Positions 17,696 to 27,841 of a stretch of DNA of 64,000 nt are shown piece by piece. Made by a program: the position numbers and the translations under genes. Within the stretch, counting starts at the first letter, position 1, and each line of letters begins with the position of its first letter. The stretch is from Candidatus Poribacteria bacterium (GTDB lineage Bacteria > Poribacteria > WGA-4E > WGA-3G), in NCBI GenBank assembly GCA_964291315.2, contig OZ219750.1, positions 576,001 through 640,000 on the forward strand, given 5' to 3'. A model generated the notes under the pieces. The model was given only the letters and a program-made list of their open reading frames with translations. It searched no databases and was not told where the DNA came from.

Positions 17696-17796
17696 TGTAT
17701 TTCACCCCATATATGCGCCTTTGCCACACAATACCCATAAGCTCCGGTGCTAGGTTCGCTGGGAAGTATCTTGGTCAGGCAAGATACTCGCTTTTC

Positions 17797-18540
17797 TCAT
17801 GAGCGCAAAGGTTTTCCACGTAAGACTTCTCTGCATTGGGTTTCACCGTTTCCTGTTATATTGTAAGCAAAAGTGTTCATCAATCGATCGTTTTCTGAGT
17901 TGTTTGGGGCAGAACCGTGGATAATGAGGGCATTAAAAAACACACCATCCCCTGGTTCCATTTCCACAGCAACGGCATCTTCACGTTCTTGGTAGTGCCC
18001 GGGTAAAAATACCCCAAATGTTTGCTGTTTCTGTTCATGCTCTTGTAGCCCCCAATTATGGCTTCCAGGCACGAACTGTATACACCCGTTCTCAAGATTC
18101 GCTTTGCTTATGGCTAATTGACAGTTGATCATCACCGGTTTGTTATTATCATTTTTCCAGTACGCGTAATCCTGATGCCATGGAATAGCGGTACCATCGC
18201 CGCCTGCTTTTGGCAGCAATTTGCTGTGATAGAGTGAAATGTTTCCGCCCATTAATGCTTCTAATATATTCAAAACTTCATTAGATCGGAGCAGACGATT
18301 GAGTGTTCGACTCACTAGTTCACTATGCATTAACTGCTTGATACGCGGTGGGTGATTCTCTGAGTCGTTGTAGACTTCCCAAGAAATTCCAACCCCCTCT
18401 GCAGGGTGTTCAGCCATACGATTGTGTATATCTTCAATCTCGACCCGGATTCGCGAGAGGTCTTCTGAAGAAACAAGTCTTTTTTTTAAGAAATAACCGT
18501 TTGTTTCATAGAATTTCAATTCTTGATGCGTAAGTCCCAT
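17797..18540 (-). CDS. Phytanoyl-CoA dioxygenase (PhyH) family protein
   Basis: WHQD, ENGCIQFVPGSH, HGSAPN..R. Confidence 0.9.
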   Translation of the reverse strand: MGLTHQELKFYETNGYFLKKRLVSSEDLSRIRVEIEDIHNRMAEHPAEGVGISWEVYNDSENHPPRIKQLMHSELVSRTLNRLLRSNEVLNILEALMGGNISLYHSKLLPKAGGDGTAIPWHQDYAYWKNDNNKPVMINCQLAISKANLENGCIQFVPGSHNWGLQEHEQKQQTFGVFLPGHYQEREDAVAVEMEPGDGVFFNALIIHGSAPNNSENDRLMNTFAYNITGNGETQCREVLRGKPLRS

Positions 18541-18886
18541 ACAATTTCTCCTTATCCTATTGAGTGGAACATCGGTCGCATTTCTAGTTGTACACTTGAT
18601 TCGTAAAGTGCTACCGACTCCTCCTCAAAGATTATACAATTTTAAAGTATACATCAAACCTTCAGAAAAATCAAAGTATTTTCGAGTAAACTGTGTCTTT
18701 AACCACATCATCTCGAAAAATGGTTTACTTTCTTTCTAACTCCTGCTAAAATAGGAATAGGTTGGATTTGTGTTCTTTTAGTTGATTTCTAGGTGTAAGC
18801 ATCTGCTTGCCCCTGTTTCGAGTGCCGTTTTGCGCCACGTTCCAAGTTCTTCTGAGTGAATGCTGGGAAAGGGAGTTAAAATTGCT

Positions 18887-19231
18887 ATGAACTATACACT
18901 TGAAAATTGCCAAAAACTTGTAGATGACTGGATACATACTTTTGGAGTCCGCTATTTTTCAGAGTTAACCAATACCGCTATCCTCATGGAAGAAGTAGGA
19001 GAATTGGCACGGATTATGGCGCGTCAATACGGTGAACAGAGTTTCAAAAAGAACGAGAAAGACTTGGATCTCGGTGAAGAGATGGCGGATATTCTTTTTG
19101 TACTGATTTGTCTTGCAAATCAAGCAGGCGTTGAACTTGAGGTGGCATTCAAAAAGTCTATGGAAAAGAAGACACGCCGCGATAAAGAACGACACAACGA
19201 AAACTCCAAACTATTGGAAAAAACAGTGTAG
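18887..19231 (+). CDS. MazG-like nucleotide pyrophosphohydrolase
   Basis: LMEEVGELAR, GEQSFK, EEMADILFVLICLAN. Confidence 0.9.
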   Translation: MNYTLENCQKLVDDWIHTFGVRYFSELTNTAILMEEVGELARIMARQYGEQSFKKNEKDLDLGEEMADILFVLICLANQAGVELEVAFKKSMEKKTRRDKERHNENSKLLEKTV

Positions 19232-19259
19232 TCTCATGGCCTGCTCAAGGAGATCGACA

Positions 19260-22055
19260 ATGACGCTCCCTAAAAACCATATGTTTTTCTTGTTCAGTTT
19301 GTTTTTTCTCGTTAGTGGGTGCACACTTTTCCCCAAAAAAACGTCTACTTCGGTGGTAGTTGACCCGCTTGTTGAGCGAAACCGCCAGTGGCGCGAATAC
19401 GTTGAAGCTGGCAATGATAAATTGAAACAAGGAAATCTCCAAGACGCTCTTACTGCTTATGCGCATGCTGTCGCAATTCGTCCGGACTCTAGTGACGTAC
19501 ATTACAAGATTGCAGAGATATATTTTCAACTTGAAGAGTACGAAAACGCAAGGGACGCTTTTCTTGCTTTTCTGACGCTGAAACCGAATAATGTCACAGC
19601 TCTGAATTACGTCGGGTACATTTCTGAGAAACTGAGTAACTATGCTGCTGCTGCCGAATACTACGAACGGGTTTTGGAAATTTCGGCTGATAACCTATAT
19701 GCCTTGAATCATCTCGGTTTATCTTATAAACAGCTAAAGCGTTTCGATGAAGGTGTAGCGGTGCTTCACAGAGCGTTGTCGATAGATCCGAGATGTGAAC
19801 GGCCCGAATGCAGAAATTTGCATAACTACTTGGGGCTAATTTATCTCGGACAGGATAAAATTGGTGAGGCTATCGCAGAATTCCGGGAGTCAATTCGGTT
19901 ATTTCCGACAGATACGTGGGCAAGACAACAATTGGCAGCGATTTATGAGAATCACCAGCGTTACTTTGAAGCTCAGCTGCAATACCAGCAGCTTTTGAAG
20001 ATTGAACCAGACAACCTACTTGCCCTCACACGACTTCAAGCACTTTCCGAACTGAATATCAACCCAGTGCAGCTCCTAGATGTGCTTCCTGTTACACTTC
20101 TGCATCCGGATGTTGAGTCCATTGTTGCAAATGCTCCGGACGCGAGTGATTATCCGAACTCCGATACTCTCGTTTTGTTCAACCATTTCAGCCATGATGT
20201 TTTACCGACAGGACAATCGCGTTATACAACGCATCAGGTCGTTAAAATTCTTACTGAAAGGGGCATCCAAAGATATGGAGATATTGCTATTCCTTACCAA
20301 CCTGCATCGCAAAATATTGGGGTTAATATAGCAAGAACAATCATAGCAGATGGCACAGTTCTTCAACCGCCTAGCGAAGCTTATAATGATGTAACCCCTC
20401 CCGGGTTATTGGCCTATAATCTCTATTCAGACACGATGTGGAAGGTAATCTCTATGGTTGGTCTCGCCCCGGGGGTTTGTATTGAGTATAAAGTAACGCT
20501 TGAGGATAAAGTCGCTGGTGGTAAAACGTGGATTACAGGAGGTTATAATTTTCAGTCGACAGAGGCGACCCTTGAAACGAGTTACGCCCTTCAGATACCG
20601 AGAAAATGGCCTCTTCAGTGGCAGATTGCTAACATCCCGTTGCAAAACTCTTTAAAGCCGCAGGTTTCCTATACGGAGAATGATACCGTCATCTATGTTT
20701 GGAAATATGGCGAAACTCCTGCGCTGGAACTAGAGGAAGGGATGCCGCATGTTAACAACGTTGTGCCACGCTTGCGTTATACTTCTATTACCGATTGGAG
20801 TGATATCTATAGGTGGTATAAGGAACTCGCGAAAGATAGGTATACACCAAATGCTGATATTGAGGAAAAAGTCCGGCAATTAATAAGAGATCTAGAAACG
20901 AATGAAGCAAAGATACGCGCTATCTACCATTTCGTTGCCTCAAACATCCGTTATGTTGGCATTGAGCTTGGACAAGGTGCTTATCAACCGTCGCGTGCCG
21001 CCGAAGTTTTTCAGATGCAGTATGGGGACTGCAAAGACAAAACAACGCTCCTAATTTCCATGCTTGATTTAGCGGGTATCAAAGCTTATCCTTGTTTGAT
21101 CAGCATTGCACCACACGAACAAGTTGATGCGACCCTGCCACTTCTCAACCAGTTTAACCATATGATTGCTGCGGTACCTACCGGGATAGATACCTATATC
21201 TGGCTGGATGCAACGGCGACTTGTGATTATGGAGAGCTGCCGTATAGTATCCAGGGACGCACCGGTTTCCTCATCTCTGATACACACGGCGTGTTCGTGG
21301 AGACACCTATTTTCCCGCCAGAATCCAATCGGCTTGTGAGTACAACGCAATTGGCTGTAAACAGTAAAGGGGATGTGCAAGGCACCATTCATATTCGGAC
21401 AAGTGGACAATACAGTCTAAATACTCGGTGGACCTATCAACAGATTCATCCGAGAACATTGAGAAAGACCTTAGCGAGTGAGCTCAGCCAGCAATTTCCG
21501 GGGATCCGGATAGAGTGGTGCAATATGTCCGACCTCAGTGATCTCACTGTGCCGGTGGAGATAGGTCTCGGTTTTCGAGCTGAGAATCATGCAAAAGTTC
21601 TTGGGAGCAGCATACTATTCCCTTTACCCATTGATGAATTCGCTGCATATGCTGAAACTTTTGCTAATGAACAACGCACCTATTCACTGGATTTCGGGTA
21701 TCCAATGCAAATTGAAAAAATAATTCATATCCAAATTCCTGATGGATGGACGGCTGTTTTGCGAGAGGACATCCATCACGCAATAGAGATAGCAGAACTG
21801 AGTCGGCAGTACAGACAAGTTGAAAATGTCATCACATATAGACTTGTGTTTGCCCTTAAAAGTCGAACGCTTCCAGCGGACGCGTATACGGCGGCAAAAT
21901 CGCTTTTTGTGTCGCTTGTGAGTGAAGATGGAAGTTGGTTATTACTAAATAGGGATCAGCAGAGGGAAATATTAGAAGATCGAAAGGTTGGAAGGGCGTG
22001 TACCCAAAATTCCGATGTTCCATCTTTCCATCTAAATTCCGAAAGTTTCCGATAG
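19260..22055 (+). CDS. Lipoprotein with TPR repeats, DUF3857 and transglutaminase-like domains
   Basis: AGGAG RBS, lipobox VSGC, TPR run, NIRYVGIELG, YGDCKDK, FNHMI, WLDAT. Confidence 0.85.
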   Translation: MTLPKNHMFFLFSLFFLVSGCTLFPKKTSTSVVVDPLVERNRQWREYVEAGNDKLKQGNLQDALTAYAHAVAIRPDSSDVHYKIAEIYFQLEEYENARDAFLAFLTLKPNNVTALNYVGYISEKLSNYAAAAEYYERVLEISADNLYALNHLGLSYKQLKRFDEGVAVLHRALSIDPRCERPECRNLHNYLGLIYLGQDKIGEAIAEFRESIRLFPTDTWARQQLAAIYENHQRYFEAQLQYQQLLKIEPDNLLALTRLQALSELNINPVQLLDVLPVTLLHPDVESIVANAPDASDYPNSDTLVLFNHFSHDVLPTGQSRYTTHQVVKILTERGIQRYGDIAIPYQPASQNIGVNIARTIIADGTVLQPPSEAYNDVTPPGLLAYNLYSDTMWKVISMVGLAPGVCIEYKVTLEDKVAGGKTWITGGYNFQSTEATLETSYALQIPRKWPLQWQIANIPLQNSLKPQVSYTENDTVIYVWKYGETPALELEEGMPHVNNVVPRLRYTSITDWSDIYRWYKELAKDRYTPNADIEEKVRQLIRDLETNEAKIRAIYHFVASNIRYVGIELGQGAYQPSRAAEVFQMQYGDCKDKTTLLISMLDLAGIKAYPCLISIAPHEQVDATLPLLNQFNHMIAAVPTGIDTYIWLDATATCDYGELPYSIQGRTGFLISDTHGVFVETPIFPPESNRLVSTTQLAVNSKGDVQGTIHIRTSGQYSLNTRWTYQQIHPRTLRKTLASELSQQFPGIRIEWCNMSDLSDLTVPVEIGLGFRAENHAKVLGSSILFPLPIDEFAAYAETFANEQRTYSLDFGYPMQIEKIIHIQIPDGWTAVLREDIHHAIEIAELSRQYRQVENVITYRLVFALKSRTLPADAYTAAKSLFVSLVSEDGSWLLLNRDQQREILEDRKVGRACTQNSDVPSFHLNSESFR

Positions 22056-22063
22056 TCCTAGGG

Positions 22064-22666
22064 TTAGTTTTTCACGTATTTCCATCCGTCGATCAAGACA
22101 GGCAATCCGCGAATGAGACACATTGTGACAGTTACAACAGATAAAATTACACCTGCCAATTTTAGACTGACAATCAATTCAGGATAGACACCGGAATTTT
22201 TGAGGGCTGTGACACCGCCGAGATAGAGAAAAGTAATTGTTTTCGCAATACCATAAATGCTACGGCTCGCTCGCGAACTCGTGAGGGCTTGTGTCCACCT
22301 TGAGGACATCATTGTGTTTTCACCAAATGCGGTTTTCCCTTGTGCAAATGCAGCACTCCGCAAACCGTCTGTAAAGAAACCACGGGCGATTACGATAATT
22401 GGAATCCAGATTGGAATCAAACCCACAACGGCGAAGTAAACCCAGAAGATACATTCAACAATACGGTCACCCACTATATCGAACAGTGCTCCAAAATCCG
22501 AGGTCTGATTCAATTTTCGGGCAACATGACCGTCAACTGCATCGAGAAATAAAATCAATCCAATCACGGCAACAAGCAGCATGTCTAAATAGACATGTTG
22601 TCCGAAGAGTGAAATCACGACGAATACCAAGATTAATCGGAAAAGCGTAATCAGATTTGCAATCAT
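22064..22666 (-). CDS. CDP-alcohol phosphatidyltransferase
   Basis: ANLITLFR, DAVDGHVAR...GALFDIVGDR. Confidence 0.9.
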   Translation of the reverse strand: MIANLITLFRLILVFVVISLFGQHVYLDMLLVAVIGLILFLDAVDGHVARKLNQTSDFGALFDIVGDRIVECIFWVYFAVVGLIPIWIPIIVIARGFFTDGLRSAAFAQGKTAFGENTMMSSRWTQALTSSRASRSIYGIAKTITFLYLGGVTALKNSGVYPELIVSLKLAGVILSVVTVTMCLIRGLPVLIDGWKYVKN

Positions 22667-22814
22667 TTTTCTTCTCCTTTGTTGAGTGAGGGCTCCTGGG
22701 CCTCAGTTCTATTTGGGTTTAGTGTTTTCCTTGATTTGCCTTTGTTTTTTAAGTGTAACGTAACTATATTATTAAACGCAATGCTAATTCCACGAATGAA
22801 AGGAGACCTATTCT

Positions 22815-24410
22815 ATGAACAAAAATAGAAACCCTAACATTGTTCTTATTCTAAACGATGATATGGGTTTTTCTGACTTAAGCTGCTATGGTGGCGAAGT
22901 CTATACGCCGAACCTTGACCGGCTTGCCGCTGGTGGATTACGGTTTACGCAGTTTTACAATACCGCTCGGTGCTGTCCATCCCGTGCGTCTATGCTGACG
23001 GGGCTGCACCCGCACCAGACCGGAGTCGGACACATGATGAGCGACGACGGACTTGAGGGCTATCGGGGCGATCTCAATGATAGATGTATCACTATTGCCG
23101 ATGCGGTCCGTTCGGAAGGTTACTGCACATATATGAGCGGGAAATGGCATATCTCTCGGCATATTGGCGGAGACGGTCCCAAGCATAGTTGGCCCTGTCA
23201 ATGCGGCTTTGACGAGTATTACGGGATTATCACGGGTGCAGCCAATTTCTGGAAGCCGAACACCCTTACCCGTAATAATACTTGTATCCAGCATAATGAA
23301 CTTCCTGATGACTATTTTCTCACAGATGCTATTAGCAATGAAGCAGCAGCGTTTATCCAGAATCATACAGAAAAAACACCAGAGCGCCCATTCTTCACCT
23401 ATGTTGCTTACACAGCACCACACTGGCCCCTTCATGCCCACGAAGAAGATATCGTACGCTATAATGGACGTTTCGCTGCCGGGTGGGACAAGCTGCGGGA
23501 AGAACGGCTCTCACGAATGCGGGCGATGAAGATTTTAGATGAGGCGTGGCAGCTCACCGCACGAGATCCTTCGCAGCCCCCTTGGAGGGAAGTGCAATAT
23601 AAAAAGTGGAATCAGCGGCGTATGGAAGTCTACGCTGCGCAAATCACCCGGATGGATGTAGGGATAGGGCGAATTATCGACACGTTAGAGAAGACTGGAC
23701 AGCTCGACAACACTCTCATCCTCTTCTTAGCTGATAACGGTGGTTGTGCCGAGGAACTCGGTGGCCCCCCGGCGCGACGCGACAGCGGTTCACTCATTAG
23801 TACTGAAACGACTTCTGATGGAAGACCTGTCTATCGTGGTAATGATCCAGATATCATGCCCGGCCCTGAAACTACCTATCAGAGCTACGGCGTTCCCTGG
23901 GCCAACCTATCCAATACGCCGTTCCGTGAATACAAGCATTGGGTTCATGAGGGTGGTATTGCTACCCCGTTGATTGTCCATTGGCCGGATGCGATAAAAA
24001 CAGTGGGGGAATTGTGCCGTCAGCCCGGACAACTTCCAGACATCATGGCGACGTGCCTTGAGGTTTCAGGGGCAACCTATCCTGAAGAACACGATGGGAA
24101 ACCGATTTTACCCTTAGAAGGAACGAGTTTAGTACCGATTTTCGCGGGGAAGAGCAACAATAAAGAGGTACTTTATTGGGAACATGAGGGCAATTGTGCA
24201 GTGCGTCAAGAGAATTGGAAACTGGTTTGCAAATTTCCGGGTGATTGGGAACTCTACGATCTAGCCGCCGAACGCACAGAGATTAATGATCTTGCCGCCA
24301 AGCATCCGCGAAAACTCAGAGAACTCGTTGGACTTTACCGAGACTGGGGTAACCGTTGTCTTATCTATCCATGGGGCAAACTTCAAGAACTCCGCAGACA
24401 GCGGCGTTAA
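22815..24410 (+). CDS. Arylsulfatase (Cys type)
   Basis: NIVLILNDDMG, CCPSRASMLTG, GKWH, DNG. Confidence 0.93.
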   Translation: MNKNRNPNIVLILNDDMGFSDLSCYGGEVYTPNLDRLAAGGLRFTQFYNTARCCPSRASMLTGLHPHQTGVGHMMSDDGLEGYRGDLNDRCITIADAVRSEGYCTYMSGKWHISRHIGGDGPKHSWPCQCGFDEYYGIITGAANFWKPNTLTRNNTCIQHNELPDDYFLTDAISNEAAAFIQNHTEKTPERPFFTYVAYTAPHWPLHAHEEDIVRYNGRFAAGWDKLREERLSRMRAMKILDEAWQLTARDPSQPPWREVQYKKWNQRRMEVYAAQITRMDVGIGRIIDTLEKTGQLDNTLILFLADNGGCAEELGGPPARRDSGSLISTETTSDGRPVYRGNDPDIMPGPETTYQSYGVPWANLSNTPFREYKHWVHEGGIATPLIVHWPDAIKTVGELCRQPGQLPDIMATCLEVSGATYPEEHDGKPILPLEGTSLVPIFAGKSNNKEVLYWEHEGNCAVRQENWKLVCKFPGDWELYDLAAERTEINDLAAKHPRKLRELVGLYRDWGNRCLIYPWGKLQELRRQRR

Positions 24411-24546
24411 TACTTGCTGGGCCGCTTCGCTTTCAGATCGTTCCGCTTCGGTTATCAGTGCCAGGTTAGTGGCAGTAGGAAGATTCGCCTTATAGACTGA
24501 TTGCTCAAAGGTGGCGTAGTAACTTGCTCGGACTATCGGCAACTAT

Positions 24547-25641
24547 TTAAATACACGGAAGCATTTTCAAACAGACAGGGGTTGGTACTTCTGTTACGTG
24601 GCCTGTTGCAGTTAATTCCCCGGTTTCTTGGTTGACGGCAAACGTCACAACAGTATCTGTCTGTTGATTCGCTGCAAAGAGGAATGTGCCTTCCGGATTC
24701 ACAGCGAAGTTTCGCGGAGTTCTTCCTTGAGTGGATTCATAACCGATAGGACTCAGCTCCCCCGTTTCTGCATCAATCGCGCAGATAGCGATACTATCGT
24801 GTCCACGGTTGGATCCATACAAGAATTTCCCGGAAGGGTGGACGTGAATATCGGCGCAGTGGCTTCTGCCGTCGAAATCATCGGGAAGCGTGGAAACTGT
24901 CTGAAATTCTGTAAGTGTTCCCGCGTTCGCGTCATACCGGAAAGCAGTGAAAGTTGAATCCAATTCGTTAATCACGTATGCATATTCCTGATTGGGATGA
25001 AAGTCAAAGTGGCGGGGGCCAGCACCTGGATGCACGCGAGCCCACGGCTGTGTATTGGGCGTAAGTTTGCCATTTTCTGCGTCTAACTGATAAATAAGAA
25101 TTTTATCAATCCCAAGGTCGGGCGAGAATGCGTAACAGCTGCTGGCATCGATCATGATTGAGTGAGCGTGTGGTTCCATCTGCCGGTCTAGATTGACACT
25201 CGATCCTTCATGCTGGACAAAATCAGAGGCTTCGCCGAGCCGCCCGTCTGATTCTATTGGGAAAGCTGCAACACTCCCACCTCCGTAATTCGCCACGAGC
25301 AGACATTTACCGGTAGCGTCCGCGCTCAGATGACAGGGGGCCCCCCCACTGGTCGAGCGTTGGTTGAGGTAACTAATCTCCCCTGTTTCTCGATGAATGT
25401 AGAATGCTGTGACGGCACCACTATTTTTGCCCTCAAACTCGTTGAGTTCGTTGACTGCAAAAAGATACTGCCCGCTCGGATGTATCTCCAAAAATGATGG
25501 ATTCTCAACGCCTGTTATTTTGCTGCTGTATTCTAAGGCGCCGGTCGCGCCATCTAAGCGGTAGACGTAAATTCCCTCGCTGTCTCCGTGCGTATAGGTA
25601 CCGACATAAACAAAATAGTCTTGGTGGTTCTGATTTGCCAT
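24547..25641 (-). CDS. pgl: 6-phosphogluconolactonase (beta-propeller lactonase)
   Basis: YVGTYT, NPSFL, ANYGGG, PHAH, GAGPRH, SNRGHDS, PRNF. Confidence 0.85.
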   Translation of the reverse strand: MANQNHQDYFVYVGTYTHGDSEGIYVYRLDGATGALEYSSKITGVENPSFLEIHPSGQYLFAVNELNEFEGKNSGAVTAFYIHRETGEISYLNQRSTSGGAPCHLSADATGKCLLVANYGGGSVAAFPIESDGRLGEASDFVQHEGSSVNLDRQMEPHAHSIMIDASSCYAFSPDLGIDKILIYQLDAENGKLTPNTQPWARVHPGAGPRHFDFHPNQEYAYVINELDSTFTAFRYDANAGTLTEFQTVSTLPDDFDGRSHCADIHVHPSGKFLYGSNRGHDSIAICAIDAETGELSPIGYESTQGRTPRNFAVNPEGTFLFAANQQTDTVVTFAVNQETGELTATGHVTEVPTPVCLKMLPCI

Positions 25642-25652
25642 TGATAATCTCC

Positions 25653-27263
25653 TTATGAAACTTTAAGATGAATTGTTTTTTCTTCGCTCTCGCTATAACC
25701 GATGCGGATCGCTTTTGCTCGTACGGTAGTTTCGCCTTCTGGTATACGTAGCGGACCGGTATATAACTGCCAGCGTGTATCATCCCCTTGCTCGGTTGTG
25801 TAGGCAATTGATGCACCTTGTGTGGAGCAGTGGAGTTGTAAAGTGAAAGGTGTTGACCATTCGTAACCCTCGTGTACTACTGTTGTACCGGGTTGTTCGG
25901 TGTTAATCGGAATAAAGATAGGCCCCGCTGTTTGCGGCTGCGTACGGTCAGGATACCATTGCTTGACCATCTGCTCTTCGGATATGTCTCCCATGTCCCC
26001 GAAATCTGTCTGCCACTGTGACAGTGCATCGCGCATTCGTTTCAGCACATCCTGATGTTCAGGGTCTGTCGCCAAATTGTTGAGTTCATATCTGTCTTTT
26101 TTGACATTGTAAAGTTCTTCAGCGGGACGTGGAGAGCGGAACATAACCGCCTCATCGCCCTCCAGTTTTCCCTCTGCATACAACCGCCACATTTCCTGCA
26201 TAATCGGATGCCGATTACGATATGGAATCCAGAGCAGATATGGTTTTTCAGGGTAGTAATTTCTAATGTATTTATACTTTTTGTCACGTATAGCACGTAC
26301 CATATCGTAAGATTCATCGTATCGGTCGCGCGTCGCGAAGATATATTCGCGTTCAACCTTTTCTGGCCCAAGGAAGGGGTGCCCTTGTAGATGTTCAGGT
26401 GACTTTACACCGCAGAGCGATAGAACTGTTGGACCGAGATCAATCAGACTGACTAATTGTTCGCTGACACTACCAGCGGTGAGCGCATCAGGCCACCTTA
26501 CAATCAGTGGTATACGGATACCGGCATCATACGGCCACCGTTTTCCGCGAGGCAGTCCTTCACCGTGATCGCTCCAAAGAAAAACGATAGTATTCTCTAC
26601 GAGGCCATCTTTTTCTAGTTGATCGAGGAGTTCTCCGACACGGGTATCAGCAGTTGCAATGTTATCATATTGGCGCGCCAATGCTTGCCGCGCTTTCGGT
26701 GTGTTGGGCAGATAGGGTGGTAATTGCACGGCATCAGGGTTTGTGGTTGTAGTCAAAGGACGGTCCCCGCGTTCCCACATACCGCTTTCGTGTGTAACCG
26801 TTGGGTTGAAAATTGAGAAAAATGGTTGACTTTCTTCGCGATTTCGCCAGTGTGCAGTGTCGCTACACTCATCCCATGCTGTGATAGGGGACGTAAACTG
26901 ATAGTCGGTTTTGCTATTGTTCGTACAGTAATAACCTGCTCCTCTGAGGTATTCGGTGAAGACCTTGACGTATGGAGGCGGGAGTGCTGAATATGGGGTT
27001 GGCAGTTTCGGCGTTTCCGCGTTCGTGTGTGTCGTTCGCATGTGGTGTGTACCAATTGAGGTCTGATACATACCGGTAATGATTGCAGAACGGCTCGGTG
27101 CACAGACACCAGCAGTCGAAAATGCATTCGGAAACCGGCACCCACCAGTGGCAAGCCGATCAATATTGGGCGTACGGGCAAGCGTGTCCCCGTAACAACC
27201 AAAACGAGGCGTTGTATCCTCTAAAGAAATCCAGAGAATATTTGGGCGGTCTGGCGTGTTCAT
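25653..27263 (-). CDS. Sulfatase with C-terminal FN3/chitobiase-like domain
   Basis: NILWISLED, CAPSRSAIITG, SDHG; C-terminal TQGASIAYT...KAIRIGY. Confidence 0.9.
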   Translation of the reverse strand: MNTPDRPNILWISLEDTTPRFGCYGDTLARTPNIDRLATGGCRFPNAFSTAGVCAPSRSAIITGMYQTSIGTHHMRTTHTNAETPKLPTPYSALPPPYVKVFTEYLRGAGYYCTNNSKTDYQFTSPITAWDECSDTAHWRNREESQPFFSIFNPTVTHESGMWERGDRPLTTTTNPDAVQLPPYLPNTPKARQALARQYDNIATADTRVGELLDQLEKDGLVENTIVFLWSDHGEGLPRGKRWPYDAGIRIPLIVRWPDALTAGSVSEQLVSLIDLGPTVLSLCGVKSPEHLQGHPFLGPEKVEREYIFATRDRYDESYDMVRAIRDKKYKYIRNYYPEKPYLLWIPYRNRHPIMQEMWRLYAEGKLEGDEAVMFRSPRPAEELYNVKKDRYELNNLATDPEHQDVLKRMRDALSQWQTDFGDMGDISEEQMVKQWYPDRTQPQTAGPIFIPINTEQPGTTVVHEGYEWSTPFTLQLHCSTQGASIAYTTEQGDDTRWQLYTGPLRIPEGETTVRAKAIRIGYSESEEKTIHLKVS

Positions 27264-27451
27264 TGTAACTCCAATTTTTTATTAATGATCGTACTCCAAG
27301 CAGCGATTTAAGTCAAGATATATCTCGGAATTATCCAGGGCCATTCAATTCCGATGCGGACACATTCCACAAGTTTAGGAGATAAAATTTAAAAATTTGA
27401 TAAGTATTTATAGATAAACTGTAATTTCAACAGCAGTAAAAATTTAAAAAC

Positions 27452-27480
27452 TTGACGAATGTTTACGGATGAAGTACAAT
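27452..27480 (+). promoter_or_regulatory. Sigma70-type promoter upstream of the peptide/ABC locus
   Basis: TTGACG-17 nt-TACAAT. Confidence 0.6.
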
Positions 27481-27657
27481 TTCCACAGGAATCTGAAAAA
27501 GAGATAAAAAATTTGACATTTTATATTTCGTTGATGAGCTAAATATTTATCAAGCTCGCGTTATATAGAATAGAGATGGATTGCCAAGGCTTCAAAACAC
27601 CTTTCAGATTTTGCCTTCCATACAGCACAGCAATCCGCGAAAACAGAGAAGTTTAAA

Positions 27658-27822
27658 ATGTTGAAAGCGTACTCCAAGAAAGTTCAAGCCAAGAAGGCAT
27701 ACGCCCCACCTGAATTTTTCCCATTGGGTTGTGCCACGTTTCTCGCCCACGGTTCTTGTGATGTTGGGTGTAACTATGAAAAAAGTGGGAATCAGAAAAC
27801 AATCTTTAGTTCCAATCGGTAA
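27658..27822 (+). CDS. Putative RiPP (lasso-like, RRE-dependent) precursor peptide, 54 aa, absent from the ORF track
   Basis: MLKAYSKKVQAKKAYAPPEFFPLGCATFLAHGSCDVGCNYEKSGNQKTIFSSNR; KKxYxxP...LG leader; 19 nt upstream of an ABC exporter. Confidence 0.6.
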   Translation: MLKAYSKKVQAKKAYAPPEFFPLGCATFLAHGSCDVGCNYEKSGNQKTIFSSNR

Positions 27823-27841
27823 TGTGTAGGGGGACAAAAAT

